Shown here: positions 36,305-45,679 of the stretch, piece after piece
Layout of the letters: every line of letters starts with the position of its first letter
How positions within the stretch are numbered: the first letter of the stretch is position 1
From: Verrucomicrobiota bacterium
Lineage (GTDB): Bacteria > Verrucomicrobiota > Verrucomicrobiia > Limisphaerales > AAA164-E04
Direction: 5' to 3'
Assembly (NCBI GenBank): GCA_047947115.1
Contig: CP170459.1
Span: forward strand, 2,560,001 to 2,624,000
DNA: 64,000 nt
The notes under the pieces: model-generated
The model's input: the letters and a program-made list of their open reading frames with translations, nothing else
Told to the model about the DNA's origin: nothing
Database searches by the model: none
Program-made: the position numbers and the translations under genes

Positions 36305-37558
36305 TTATTCTACCACGTGGGAGACCCCTTTCGATAGTTCCCGAACCTTGGTTTCATCAACCTCGATGCCGAGGCCGGAGGCGATTGGGATTTTCAAGGT
36401 GCCGTCTTCTACTTCGAATGGTTGTTTCAAAACATCGGCAGTCAGGAACTGAGGGCCGTTCAAGGCAGCCGGTTTGTCCAATCCATATGCCCCGTAAATA
36501 CCGAGTGCCGCAGCCAGTGAAATATCCGGGTCCGTGAGACCGCTGCCGACCCACATGAGCCCTTCGGACCGAATTGTTTCAATCTGTTCTTTGGAGGAGA
36601 GCAAACCTCCGCAGCGCGAGTGTTTCATCGCCACCCCGTCGATCATTTTCAGTCGAATGAATTCTCTGAGATCTGTCGGTGTGATGACTCCTTCGTCCAT
36701 CAGGATGGGGAGAGCTCCCTGTTTCTTGAGAGCCTGATAGCCGCTGATGCGATTGGGCTTGATGGGGGCTTCCAGAATGTCCACTCCGGCATCCGCCAGT
36801 TTGGGGGCAACTTGAAGGGCAGTTTCCGGATCGTAACCTCCGTTGGCATCCGCCCAGAGAAAAGTGTCCGGCGCATACCTGCGGACTGCTTTGGCAAGAG
36901 CAACGTCGAAGGCGGGATCGGGGGCCACTTTGATGTTGAAATGTTTGAAACCGCGTGCGCGGCCTGCGTCGATCAATGGCTCCACTTGGTCCAATGTCTG
37001 CGGGTTCAGCGTCCAGCTCAAGGTAAGCCGATCTCTTTGAGGGCGCCTCCAGAGTTGTGACAGGGATTGCCTGGCGGCTTTTCCCGTGAGATCGTGCATG
37101 GCCAGATCGATGCCCGCCCGGCTGATGGGCATACCCGTGGTCGCCCCGTCCGCGATGGCGGTGGACATGAGTTTGTAAGCCCCAGCGATATCTGTGGCGT
37201 CGTGACCGATCAGTATCGGCGCAAAATAATCTTTCAGAACAATGGTGCCGGTTTCCAGCGTCTCATAGCTCCACTTGGCGATGGGCACGCTCTGACCCCA
37301 GCCGACCAGACCGTTTTCTGTGGTCATTTTGATGAAAATGGCGGCTCGCCCCAAGGACCCGTGAGGTCCTGTGAAGAATTTGAAGTGCCCGGTCATGGGG
37401 TAGCGGGCCGGAAAGATTTCGATGCGACGGATTTTCATGTCGGTGTTTTCTTCGCTGAGCGTTCGCCCGATCACATTGACCGCGAGCGGGATGGTCGCTG
37501 CAGTTTGAATAAACTTGCGCCGATGGATCTGCTTCAAATGGTTGCCTGGAAGTTTCAT
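36305..37558 (-). CDS. Enolase-superfamily (muconate cycloisomerase/epimerase-like) protein with a Tat-like signal
   Basis: DAN, EAP and MDE metal ligands, MKHSRCGG, GLGIEVD; N-terminal RRKFIQTAA; start probably 37558. Confidence 0.8.
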   Translation of the reverse strand: MKLPGNHLKQIHRRKFIQTAATIPLAVNVIGRTLSEENTDMKIRRIEIFPARYPMTGHFKFFTGPHGSLGRAAIFIKMTTENGLVGWGQSVPIAKWSYETLETGTIVLKDYFAPILIGHDATDIAGAYKLMSTAIADGATTGMPISRAGIDLAMHDLTGKAARQSLSQLWRRPQRDRLTLSWTLNPQTLDQVEPLIDAGRARGFKHFNIKVAPDPAFDVALAKAVRRYAPDTFLWADANGGYDPETALQVAPKLADAGVDILEAPIKPNRISGYQALKKQGALPILMDEGVITPTDLREFIRLKMIDGVAMKHSRCGGLLSSKEQIETIRSEGLMWVGSGLTDPDISLAAALGIYGAYGLDKPAALNGPQFLTADVLKQPFEVEDGTLKIPIASGLGIEVDETKVRELSKGVSHVVE

Positions 37559-37968
37559 GTTCGGGTCATGCCCTGTTGTTGAATCGACAGCCATCATAGA
37601 CGATATCAGTTGAATTGTTTTGCGGATCTTGTCTGGTTTGACATGGAAATTGGCGTAAAGGTTTCGAGTTTTGTTGTTTTGACAGGACCCACAGGATGCT
37701 TTTTGGTGAATCTGGGTTACTGGATGGAGCGGGATTGACTTTGATATTGGGGTCAATGATGATCTGTGTATGTTTTCAAGAGTTCTTTTCATTGTTGCTG
37801 TGCTGGTTGCCTTGAAAGTTCATGATTCCTGTGATGCCGGTCAGTTACCCTTTGCTGCACCTGACTCATCTCAATGATCTCAACAGGAATCACGGTGGAC
37901 AGCAGTATTACTTTTGTCATTGGAGTATTGTGCGTGACCTTTTGGTCGGAATGTTTTAGCAAAGAGGC

Positions 37969-38535
37969 ATGACACAGGACGAAGCATTGCAGATTTTTGA
38001 ACAGACCGGAGCCTTGTTAAAGGGGCATTTTGTTTTGCGGAGCGGGTTGCATAGTCGGGAATTTTTTCAGTGTGCTCTTGCTCTTCAGCAAATGCCGATT
38101 GTGGAGCGATTGGGCGAGGGGTTGGCTGCGTCACTTAAATCGCTGGGGGCCACCACGGTTTTGGCTCCTGCCATGGGCGGGTTGGTGATCGGGCAGGAAG
38201 TGGCCCGTCAATTGGGTTTGCGATTCATTTTTGTTGAAAAGGAAGAGGGGAAATTGGTCCTGCGCCGTGGATTCAAGATCCAGCAAGACGAGCGCATCCT
38301 CGTGGTTGAGGATGTCGTCACCAAGGGAGGGCGTGTGGCGGAAACACTCGAAATTGTGCGTCAACATGGTGGCGATGTGAAAGGCATCGGTGTGTTGGTT
38401 GACCGATCCAATGGTTCAGTTGAATTCGGCGTGCCGTTTTGTCCCCTGATCCGGATGAAGGTGGAAACATTCCAGCCTGATGAACTGCCGGACGATTTGA
38501 AAGATGTTGAAGCGGTTAAACCAGGTAGCAAATGA
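37969..38535 (+). CDS. pyrE: Orotate phosphoribosyltransferase
   Basis: GHFVLRSGLHS, PAMGG, PRPP motif VVEDVVTKGG. Confidence 0.92.
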   Translation: MTQDEALQIFEQTGALLKGHFVLRSGLHSREFFQCALALQQMPIVERLGEGLAASLKSLGATTVLAPAMGGLVIGQEVARQLGLRFIFVEKEEGKLVLRRGFKIQQDERILVVEDVVTKGGRVAETLEIVRQHGGDVKGIGVLVDRSNGSVEFGVPFCPLIRMKVETFQPDELPDDLKDVEAVKPGSK

Positions 38536-38545
38536 ACCCCATGGG

Positions 38546-38749
38546 TTATTTCTTTCCCTTACCAACTGAGGCTCCTGATTCGGCTTGATAGGATTTCATT
38601 CCAGACTTCACTGCCGCTCGGATAATAAAAAACAGGGTGGCTCCCCCCAAGAGGAAGCCACCCAATAAAACAACCAGGAAGAAGATTAATTCGGGTTCCT
38701 GAAGACCGCCCATCAAAGCCAGCAGTGGTGAGTATGTCATGGGGAACAT
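38546..38749 (-). CDS. Small membrane protein
   Basis: Single hydrophobic helix with a basic tail, co-oriented after the rhodanese gene. Confidence 0.5.
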   Translation of the reverse strand: MFPMTYSPLLALMGGLQEPELIFFLVVLLGGFLLGGATLFFIIRAAVKSGMKSYQAESGASVGKGKK

Positions 38750-38806
38750 ACTTCCAATCTAAAGGTGCTGCGACTATTACAATCGTTCGCTCTTCTTGTA
38801 GAGGAG

Positions 38807-39271
38807 TTATTCTTCAGATTTTTTCGGGGTGCCTTTTTCAGCAGGGAAACCTTCTTTCTCCCAGCCCTTCCAACCGTCGTTCATGTGATAGATGGAGGTG
38901 AATCCGAGGTCCTTAAAGATCTGCATGGAACGACCGCTTCTGCCCCCTGACGCGCAATGGACGAGATAAGATTTCTTACGATCCAGTTTTTCGAGGTTAC
39001 TCTTGAAATTGTTTTCAAAGAAATCGATGTGCTTTGCCTTCTGGATATGCCCGGCGGCGTACTCTTTCATGGTGCGGATATCCAGGATGACCATGTTTTT
39101 GTGCGCGTTGATCAGGGCTGAGGCTTCCTTGGATTTGATCTCATGATAACCTTCCTTTAAAGGAGCCGTGTCGGTTTTTTTGTCTTCGGCATGGGTGTTT
39201 GAAAAGGACAACAGCCCTACGGCACATGCCAACGTCTTGAGTAACCAGTTTTTCATATTAGAATTCGTCAT
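38807..39271 (-). CDS. Secreted rhodanese-domain protein
   Basis: ILDIRT..EY..GHI, active site HCASGGRS, signal peptide; start 39271 or 39256. Confidence 0.85.
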   Translation of the reverse strand: MTNSNMKNWLLKTLACAVGLLSFSNTHAEDKKTDTAPLKEGYHEIKSKEASALINAHKNMVILDIRTMKEYAAGHIQKAKHIDFFENNFKSNLEKLDRKKSYLVHCASGGRSGRSMQIFKDLGFTSIYHMNDGWKGWEKEGFPAEKGTPKKSEE

Positions 39272-39329
39272 AGATAATGTGTCACTGTGCCATGATTTTG
39301 TTTGGGTGCAAGCCTGCTGAAGGGCGGAT

Positions 39330-41735
39330 TTAGGGAAGATATCGGAAATCAACACAGGAGAACAGTGAATGGACAAGTCCTGCCCAGGCGCTTGAGTGGT
39401 TCTGGTTTGCTGTCAGATTCAGGTAGTCCAGGGCTATGTGCATCTCACTTTCGCTTGGGGCTCTGGAAAGTGTCCTCAGGTAAAGATGATGGATTTTATC
39501 CTGAAGAGGGGCGTCCTGGAGATCGTTTAGGAGACGTTGTGCTGCGAGTTCTGCCTGATCCATGATCCATTCATTGTTCATCAGATAAAGCGATTGGGTA
39601 GGGCGAACACCCGGGATGCGTCTGCCCACCGTGAAGCTTGGGTTCGCAAAATCAAACGCGTCCAGCAGGGCATTTCTGCCTTCTTCGCGAAAAATGGGTA
39701 TGTAAACAGAACGGGCCTTCGGTTGAACGATGTCTTCATAATCCAGTTTGGCATTGCGAAGCGCTGAGTCGCTGGAGGCGGCTCCCGGCAGCATGCTCTC
39801 TATATGGCCTCCTTGAAGTTGCCCGCTTGCGGTCAGGACTGAATCCCTAATGGCCTCAGCGGTCAGGTGGCGACGTTCCATGGCCCAGCGCAAGGCGTTC
39901 TCGGGGTCTTTGTGCCTGTTTTCAGGATGGTTGTTTGAGGACAACCGGTAGGTTTTGGAAAGTACGATCTGGCGTACCAGTTGTTTGGTGGACCATTGAT
40001 TTTCTGAAAAACGGCTGGCCAGGAAATCAAGCAAAGCCGGATGGGATGGGGCATCCCCGGTCGATCCAAAGTTATCCACCGAACGAACGATGCCGCGCCC
40101 AAACAGGTGGTGCCACACACGATTGACATATACGCGTCGAGTCAGAGGGTTCTCGTTCGAACCGATCCAATCAGCCAACTCCAGTCGTCCGCTTTGTCCT
40201 TTTGCTATGGTGGGAGGGGATGGTGTTTGAGGGAATGTGACTTGGAGGAATCCTCGTCGAACAGGATCCCCCAACTGATGGACATTACCTCTTACACACA
40301 ACGCATAATCGCCTGCATCTTTCTCATCTTCGACGCTGATCGCCATGGGTAATGGGGCAGGCGCAGATTGCTTCAAAGCCTTCAAATGATCTTCCAGATA
40401 AGTCAGGTTTGCTTTTTGCTCCGTATTGGGTTCTTTGATTTTTTTGATCTCCTTGAGAGCATCTTCCACTTCTTTCAGTGTCGTTTGATGCGTCTCGTAA
40501 CGGACTTTTTTTTCAGGGGGAACCGGAAGTTCCTGTTCGACCAACCGTGAAACATTGTCGCGGATGAGTGTGCGTGTGCTGCGAAAGATGCCTGCCAGCG
40601 CATAATAATCCACCATGGGGATGGGATCGAATTTATGGTCATGACACCGGACGCACCCCAGTGTCATGCCCAACAGCGATCGGCCAACGGTGTCGATCTG
40701 TTCGTCCACCGTGTTCATGCGCAGCATTTCCTTGTCCTGCAAATCCAGATTCTTCGGCCCGATGGCCAGGAAGGCGGTTGCAATCAATTGCGCGCTGCGC
40801 TGTTCCGGGGTTTTCCAATCCATCAGATCACCGGCCAGTTGTTCGCGGATGAATTGATCGACGGGTTTGTCTTTGTTGAGGGATTCGATGACGTAGTTGC
40901 GATACCTCCATGCATTGGCCAACACTGAACTTCGACCGCCTCCGGTCGATTCCGCATACCTCGCCAGGTCCAGCCAGTGCCGTCCCCATTTCTCGCCGAA
41001 GCCCCTGGATGCCAGTAGATGATCGACTATTTCCTGGTAATGTTTTTCGGATGGATCGGATGCGAATCGCTGGATGTCTGCCGCCGATGGAGGAAGTCCA
41101 GTCAGGTCAAAATAAACACGTCGGAGCAAATCCAGGGGGGCGGCCTCCTCCACGGGCGTGAGGCCTTTCTTTTCCAATTTGGCCAGGATGAAATGGTCGA
41201 CGGGATTGCTTGGCCAGTCGGTTTGTTTCACAGCAGGAATGAGCGGATCTTCCACTGCCCTGAACGACCAGAATTGTCGTCCTGTTTCAAGATCGATCGT
41301 ATCTTCCTTGGACGACTCCAATGCGCCGCTCCTCGGGTCGGGGGCTCCCATTCGGATCCATTGTGTGACCAGGTCAATGTTGTGATCCGGTATCTTGCCT
41401 TTTGGAGGCATTTCCAAATCTGGATCGGTGTATTGCATGGCCTCCAGCAGCAGGCTTTCTTCCGGTTGGCCGGGTTGAATGGCTTTGCCTGAGTCGCCTC
41501 CGATTTCCCAGCCTTGACGAAGATCCAGCCGCAAACCGCCTTTGATCTTGTGCTCTTTCGAATGGCATTCATAACAGTGTTCGATCAGCAGGGGCCGGAT
41601 GTTCTTTTCAAAGAAAGCCACTCCTTCGGTTTCCAGTCCTGAGACCGAGAGAAGGGAACACGCCATCCCGCTTAGGAAGGCAAGATATCTATTCTTCGGC
41701 CTGCAGATCCACCTGTTGATTGATATGATACCCAT
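39330..41735 (-). CDS. PSD1/planctomycete cytochrome c domain protein (PSCyt1-DUF1549-DUF1553)
   Basis: Heme motifs CYECH and CVRCHDHK; GEKWGRHWLDLARYA; VNRVWHHLFGRG. Confidence 0.88.
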   Translation of the reverse strand: MGIISINRWICRPKNRYLAFLSGMACSLLSVSGLETEGVAFFEKNIRPLLIEHCYECHSKEHKIKGGLRLDLRQGWEIGGDSGKAIQPGQPEESLLLEAMQYTDPDLEMPPKGKIPDHNIDLVTQWIRMGAPDPRSGALESSKEDTIDLETGRQFWSFRAVEDPLIPAVKQTDWPSNPVDHFILAKLEKKGLTPVEEAAPLDLLRRVYFDLTGLPPSAADIQRFASDPSEKHYQEIVDHLLASRGFGEKWGRHWLDLARYAESTGGGRSSVLANAWRYRNYVIESLNKDKPVDQFIREQLAGDLMDWKTPEQRSAQLIATAFLAIGPKNLDLQDKEMLRMNTVDEQIDTVGRSLLGMTLGCVRCHDHKFDPIPMVDYYALAGIFRSTRTLIRDNVSRLVEQELPVPPEKKVRYETHQTTLKEVEDALKEIKKIKEPNTEQKANLTYLEDHLKALKQSAPAPLPMAISVEDEKDAGDYALCVRGNVHQLGDPVRRGFLQVTFPQTPSPPTIAKGQSGRLELADWIGSNENPLTRRVYVNRVWHHLFGRGIVRSVDNFGSTGDAPSHPALLDFLASRFSENQWSTKQLVRQIVLSKTYRLSSNNHPENRHKDPENALRWAMERRHLTAEAIRDSVLTASGQLQGGHIESMLPGAASSDSALRNAKLDYEDIVQPKARSVYIPIFREEGRNALLDAFDFANPSFTVGRRIPGVRPTQSLYLMNNEWIMDQAELAAQRLLNDLQDAPLQDKIHHLYLRTLSRAPSESEMHIALDYLNLTANQNHSSAWAGLVHSLFSCVDFRYLP

Positions 41736-41791
41736 GGTGATGCGTCACAATTTATCAGAGTTCCGGAGGAATAAAATAGAAATCGGGCCGG

Positions 41792-42655
41792 TCACCTCCG
41801 GCGCGTGGATCGTTCCTGCATCCACAGGACGTCCGAGTTCTTGGGGGAAGTGATGTTCAAGGGGCGATCCCGTTTGGTGACGGGAGGGAAGGTGCGGGAA
41901 TCCCGCCATACCTTGATTTCGGAGTGTCCATCAGCAAAAGACAGGGTGGCGGCTTTGTTGTGGTAGCTGGCGGGTGTGTTGACCAATCGATGTCGTTCCG
42001 GTTGATCTGGAAAACCCGCCATGTCCACGACAAAGAAACCGTTGTTGATGCTGTCTTCGCGTTCATCCATGAAGACCCAGGTCATCGCCGGACCGGGATC
42101 CTTGATATCGCCCATCATGCGATAAGCCACCCATCCGTGCTTGTCCCGAGGATACCATGGCCCACCATTGCCCCATCCGGCTCCGCCCACCCAGTTGTTG
42201 ATGGCCATGCTGCGGATGCGGGGGACACGTTGGTTTTGTCGATTGATTCCGTAAGATTTATCGCTGGGGCATTTCCAAATGCCGATGGATTCGCCGCAGT
42301 AGGGCCAAAGCGGGCTTTGACGTGTGTAACGGTCGTGATCCCAGTTGTTCGGGTCTCGCAGATCATTCAGGGTCAGCCAGCTTCCTCCTGTCCAATCAGG
42401 TGCGCGGGGATTTGCTCCTGGGGCTCCCTGCCAGGAACCGACCAGTTTGTCCTCATTATCATCCGCGTACCATCGCCAGGCAAAAGCCAACTGGCGATGG
42501 TTATTCATGCAAGTAATGGCCTGGGCTTTGATTTTAGCCTTGCTCAGCGCCGGGAGCAGCATGCCTGCCAGGATGGCGATAATGGCGATGACGACCAATA
42601 ATTCGATCAATGTAAACGCGCTTAGCGCTCTTGTGCCTTGCTGGTGACTCGTCAT
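41792..42655 (-). CDS. Prepilin-type N-methylation / H-X9-DG domain protein
   Basis: [26 protein letters not shown]-terminal [13 protein letters not shown]. Confidence 0.9.
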   Translation of the reverse strand: MTSHQQGTRALSAFTLIELLVVIAIIAILAGMLLPALSKAKIKAQAITCMNNHRQLAFAWRWYADDNEDKLVGSWQGAPGANPRAPDWTGGSWLTLNDLRDPNNWDHDRYTRQSPLWPYCGESIGIWKCPSDKSYGINRQNQRVPRIRSMAINNWVGGAGWGNGGPWYPRDKHGWVAYRMMGDIKDPGPAMTWVFMDEREDSINNGFFVVDMAGFPDQPERHRLVNTPASYHNKAATLSFADGHSEIKVWRDSRTFPPVTKRDRPLNITSPKNSDVLWMQERSTRRR

Positions 42656-42852
42656 CAGTTGATGAAAATTTATGGATTGAGGATCAGCATGAACCCATTT
42701 TCTCAAAAAAGCAGCTTCTTTTGCAGTGAATTTTGAGGGGATCGTATCCTCTCCAAAAGCCCGCTTTGAGGGCACGCTCATTCGAAACCTTCAATTCAGA
42801 GAAATAAAACCTTGCGGTAACCAAGGTGAATCCATTAAGCAAGTGGGGCGTT

Positions 42853-42939
42853 GCCCGCGTGGCGGAATTGGCAGACGCGCTAGATTCAGGTTCTAGTCCC
42901 AGCAATGGGGTGCAGGTTCAAGTCCTGCCGCGGGCACCA
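42853..42939 (+). tRNA. tRNA-Leu(CAG); probable island insertion site
   Basis: GCCCGCG/CGCGGGC acceptor stem, anticodon arm CTAGA-TTCAGGT-TCTAG, long variable arm, GTTCAAGTCC, CCA end. Confidence 0.95.
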
Positions 42940-43159
42940 TCTTATCTCTTTTGTTAACATACTATGCAGGAACAACTTGCGACTGGTTTTCACCTGTCTC
43001 CCGTGATTCTTGCATAACATAGTCATGATTTGTTCTTGGCGACTCTATGTGTTCACCAAAGTTCACCGGTGTCCTTATTGGCTTTCCTGCTAAGCCAGAT
43101 CCGTTAGAATGATCGGCATAGGCAGTCCGTGAAACCACCACCTTGCGAAGGGAACCGAC

Positions 43160-44133
43160 ATGAAATACAACCAACCACTCGGACAAGAAGTATTCCAGCA
43201 ATTTCCAGAACATGAGTGGAATTACGCTGACCTTTACGGCAACGAAACAGAAATTCGGATTGCTACAATTTATGAGTATACCAGGTGTTGTGGCTGGATT
43301 GCGGACAAATATGTTTCATGGCTTGACTCCCCAATTGAAGTTGAAAACTCAGATGCTATAGGCGGTTTATGTGCACGGTCGGATGGACTTTCCACGGCCA
43401 GGAAGCTACTTGCGTCCATCCAGGAATCGGACCCTAATGATCCCCCAAAAAAAAGGATGTTAAGGATCTTTTTCTGGCTCTCACTTTGTGTATGCCAGAA
43501 TGTTTGAAGGGACACTCATTGACCACTCAAATGTTGCATCTCGTGGAGTTCCCATCCCCCTTCATGAAGATCCGTAAGTCATCTTGGTTCCCCACTATCA
43601 ACCAATTTGACAATGCTATTTGTGAATTTATAAACCGGGGCGAATTGTTCAATAAGCCAGAGAAGAATTGGCCAGTAAGTAAGATTCTGAAAGTCCATCA
43701 GGACTTTGAGGAGGTAACAATCGCGATAAACTGGAACAAGAGGGACAAGGCAATTCTTGATGATCTAAAAAGGTGGATTAAAGAATCAAGGCCTATCCCG
43801 GAACCTACTTCACGTAACAGAGAAGCAGGTTACCCATTAAAATCTCTAGCCGCTCAAAGACTCAACCAAGCTTTTAAGCAAAGCCAAGTCAGCCCAATCA
43901 ATATTGCGTCGTGTCTTAAGGAAATTTTCGGAAATGACATCAAATCCAAAGCTGTCCAAGAGTTAGTTCCATATTACGAGGAGCAAGGGGCGGTCAGCCG
44001 TGCGGCCAAAGACTGCTTAAAATATATCCAGGATAGAATCGCATTCTATTGGCAATATGGAGACAGCACTGACACCAAACGAATCGCCATACCTTGGGGC
44101 CCAGACACGCCTTTAAAGGAAATGGACTCCTGA
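43160..44133 (+). CDS. Hypothetical island protein split in two frames at a C5A8 run (43160-43507 and 43441-44133)
   Basis: The second frame is open from 43441, exactly at CCCCCAAAAAAAAG; a -1 shift or one extra A gives a single ~324-aa ORF. Confidence 0.55.
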
Positions 44134-44139
44134 TTTTAA

Positions 44140-44162
44140 CAGCTAAGCAGCCACCTTAGCTG
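44140..44162. promoter_or_regulatory. Perfect 8-bp inverted repeat upstream of the HTH gene (operator or hairpin)
   Basis: CAGCTAAG-cagccac-CTTAGCTG. Confidence 0.45.
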
Positions 44163-44193
44163 GCAAGACACGCGTTATTAATATGGTTGTGTT

Positions 44194-44472
44194 ATGAAAC
44201 AAATAACACAAATAACGCAACCAAACCCCAAAGAGGCTGTCCCAAACAAGCCAGAATTCATCCGCCTGCCCAAAGGTGGACTCTGTCCATACACCGGTCT
44301 GTCCCGGTCTAAACTAAACCAGCTCATCCTTCCCTGTGAGCAAAATGATTGGAAGCCTCCGGTAAAGTCAGTTTGTCTCCGCCAGCGCGGAGCGGTCAAG
44401 GGCACAAGGTTGATTCTGCTAGAGAGTCTCTTGGACTACCTCTACAAACAGTTGGAGGAGGGTGCAGAATGA
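44194..44472 (+). CDS. AlpA/excisionase-like small DNA-binding protein
   Basis: EFIRLP..G.CPYTGLSRSKL..L HTH-like pattern and C-terminal GTRLI...SL..YL typical of island Xis-like proteins. Confidence 0.7.
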   Translation: MKQITQITQPNPKEAVPNKPEFIRLPKGGLCPYTGLSRSKLNQLILPCEQNDWKPPVKSVCLRQRGAVKGTRLILLESLLDYLYKQLEEGAE

Positions 44473-44660
44473 CTGGGATCGGTTATCAACTCCGCAAGCA
44501 GAGGGTTAGGCGCCCATTAGGTCGGTATACTCTAGTTGCGATTGTTTACTCGCTTGCGAACGATTTTTTGCGCCCGCGAAGAAATGGCGGAAGGGCTAGA
44601 TTTTTCAACCACACCAGAGGCTTCTAGACCTTCCTCTACTACATGAATTTCTCGGTAAAA

Positions 44661-45005
44661 TTATCGGAAGACCCTGATAAAAATACGGGTCGTAATTATT
44701 CCTGCTCAAATGCTGATCCCGCCGCAAGCGTTTCTTGCTGGAAGTCCGCTCCCGGCGAAACCAAGCTCCAAGTGCGCGACCCGAAATCGGCAAAAAAGGT
44801 CTCGCGGATCCGTTCAGCCAAACTGAGCGGTTTTAATGTAGCTGGCCCGTATCTACGCCTCTTTACCCTCCCTTGGCCCTTAAGACGCACCCGTGACTGG
44901 GTGAAACGGAATTTAAGGCACCTATAGAGGCCTTTTTTGCAAAGAATTTCCGTTCTGGGGGAGTTTGTTTCCGCTGCAAGGTGACGACAGCGGGAAGGCT
45001 TCTCA
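44661..45005 (+). ncRNA. Candidate structured RNA or structured leader upstream of the polA operon
   Basis: At least seven hairpins and two long-range closing helices found by eye, many needing G-U pairs on the + strand. Confidence 0.45.
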
Positions 45006-45052
45006 AGGGCGTTAGAAACCAAATAAAACAACAAAATCGTCACCACCATAAT

Positions 45053-45679
45053 ATGATCATGAAAACCGAATCGATACAGGAGGCGCCAGACGCCATCGAA
45101 ACCAATCTCAACCCATTCGCCAACCTTGACGCGTTCAAGGTCGGGCAGGACTTCAACGAGTTTGAAACAGCCGTTGACTACTCGGTTATACCGTTGCGTA
45201 AACCGGGCAAGCAACAGTGGTTCAGGGTTCACGCCGAACTCAAGCTAGACAATGTTTGCTTCCTTGAAGTGGAACAGGATGAGGGATCGCCCGAAAGCTT
45301 CCTTCTGACAAACAGTGTCGCACTACAACTCAGGGAGCTGCCCGGGATTTCCAAAAGGGGCCTGCGTCTCTGTGTTTGCCGGCCCAACAATGCGCCATTT
45401 GTTTGGGCAATAAAATTACCTAAGGGAACTGGGACCAAGCATGACGATTGGGGGCGTTCAGCTTTAGATGCAGCCAATATAGCGGAATCGAAATGGATCC
45501 GGATGAACGCTGACATGCAGTTGGGTGCCTACAAGCTCTTCAACTCAAAGGCGAGTTGGGAGGAGCCTGTTTGGCCAGCGCTTGATATCACGGAAATATT
45601 GAAACGGTCAATTGGTGAACAACACATCATCTCATCAGTCGACCACCCGGCCGTCCGGCAATTACAAGGGCTCGAATAA
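45053..45679 (+). CDS. Conserved-looking hypothetical protein translationally coupled to the polymerase
   Basis: Start at ATG 45053 or 45059; TAATG stop/start overlap with polA; motifs PLRKPGKQQWFRVH, W..SA..AA..A...W.R, EP.WP, DHP. Confidence 0.75.
   Translation: MIMKTESIQEAPDAIETNLNPFANLDAFKVGQDFNEFETAVDYSVIPLRKPGKQQWFRVHAELKLDNVCFLEVEQDEGSPESFLLTNSVALQLRELPGISKRGLRLCVCRPNNAPFVWAIKLPKGTGTKHDDWGRSALDAANIAESKWIRMNADMQLGAYKLFNSKASWEEPVWPALDITEILKRSIGEQHIISSVDHPAVRQLQGLE

Noticed and set aside
44643..44927. 94-aa ORF in the polA leader
   Set aside because: No recognisable domain or clear RBS; it overlaps the stem-rich segment, which is better explained as non-coding, though coding is not excluded.
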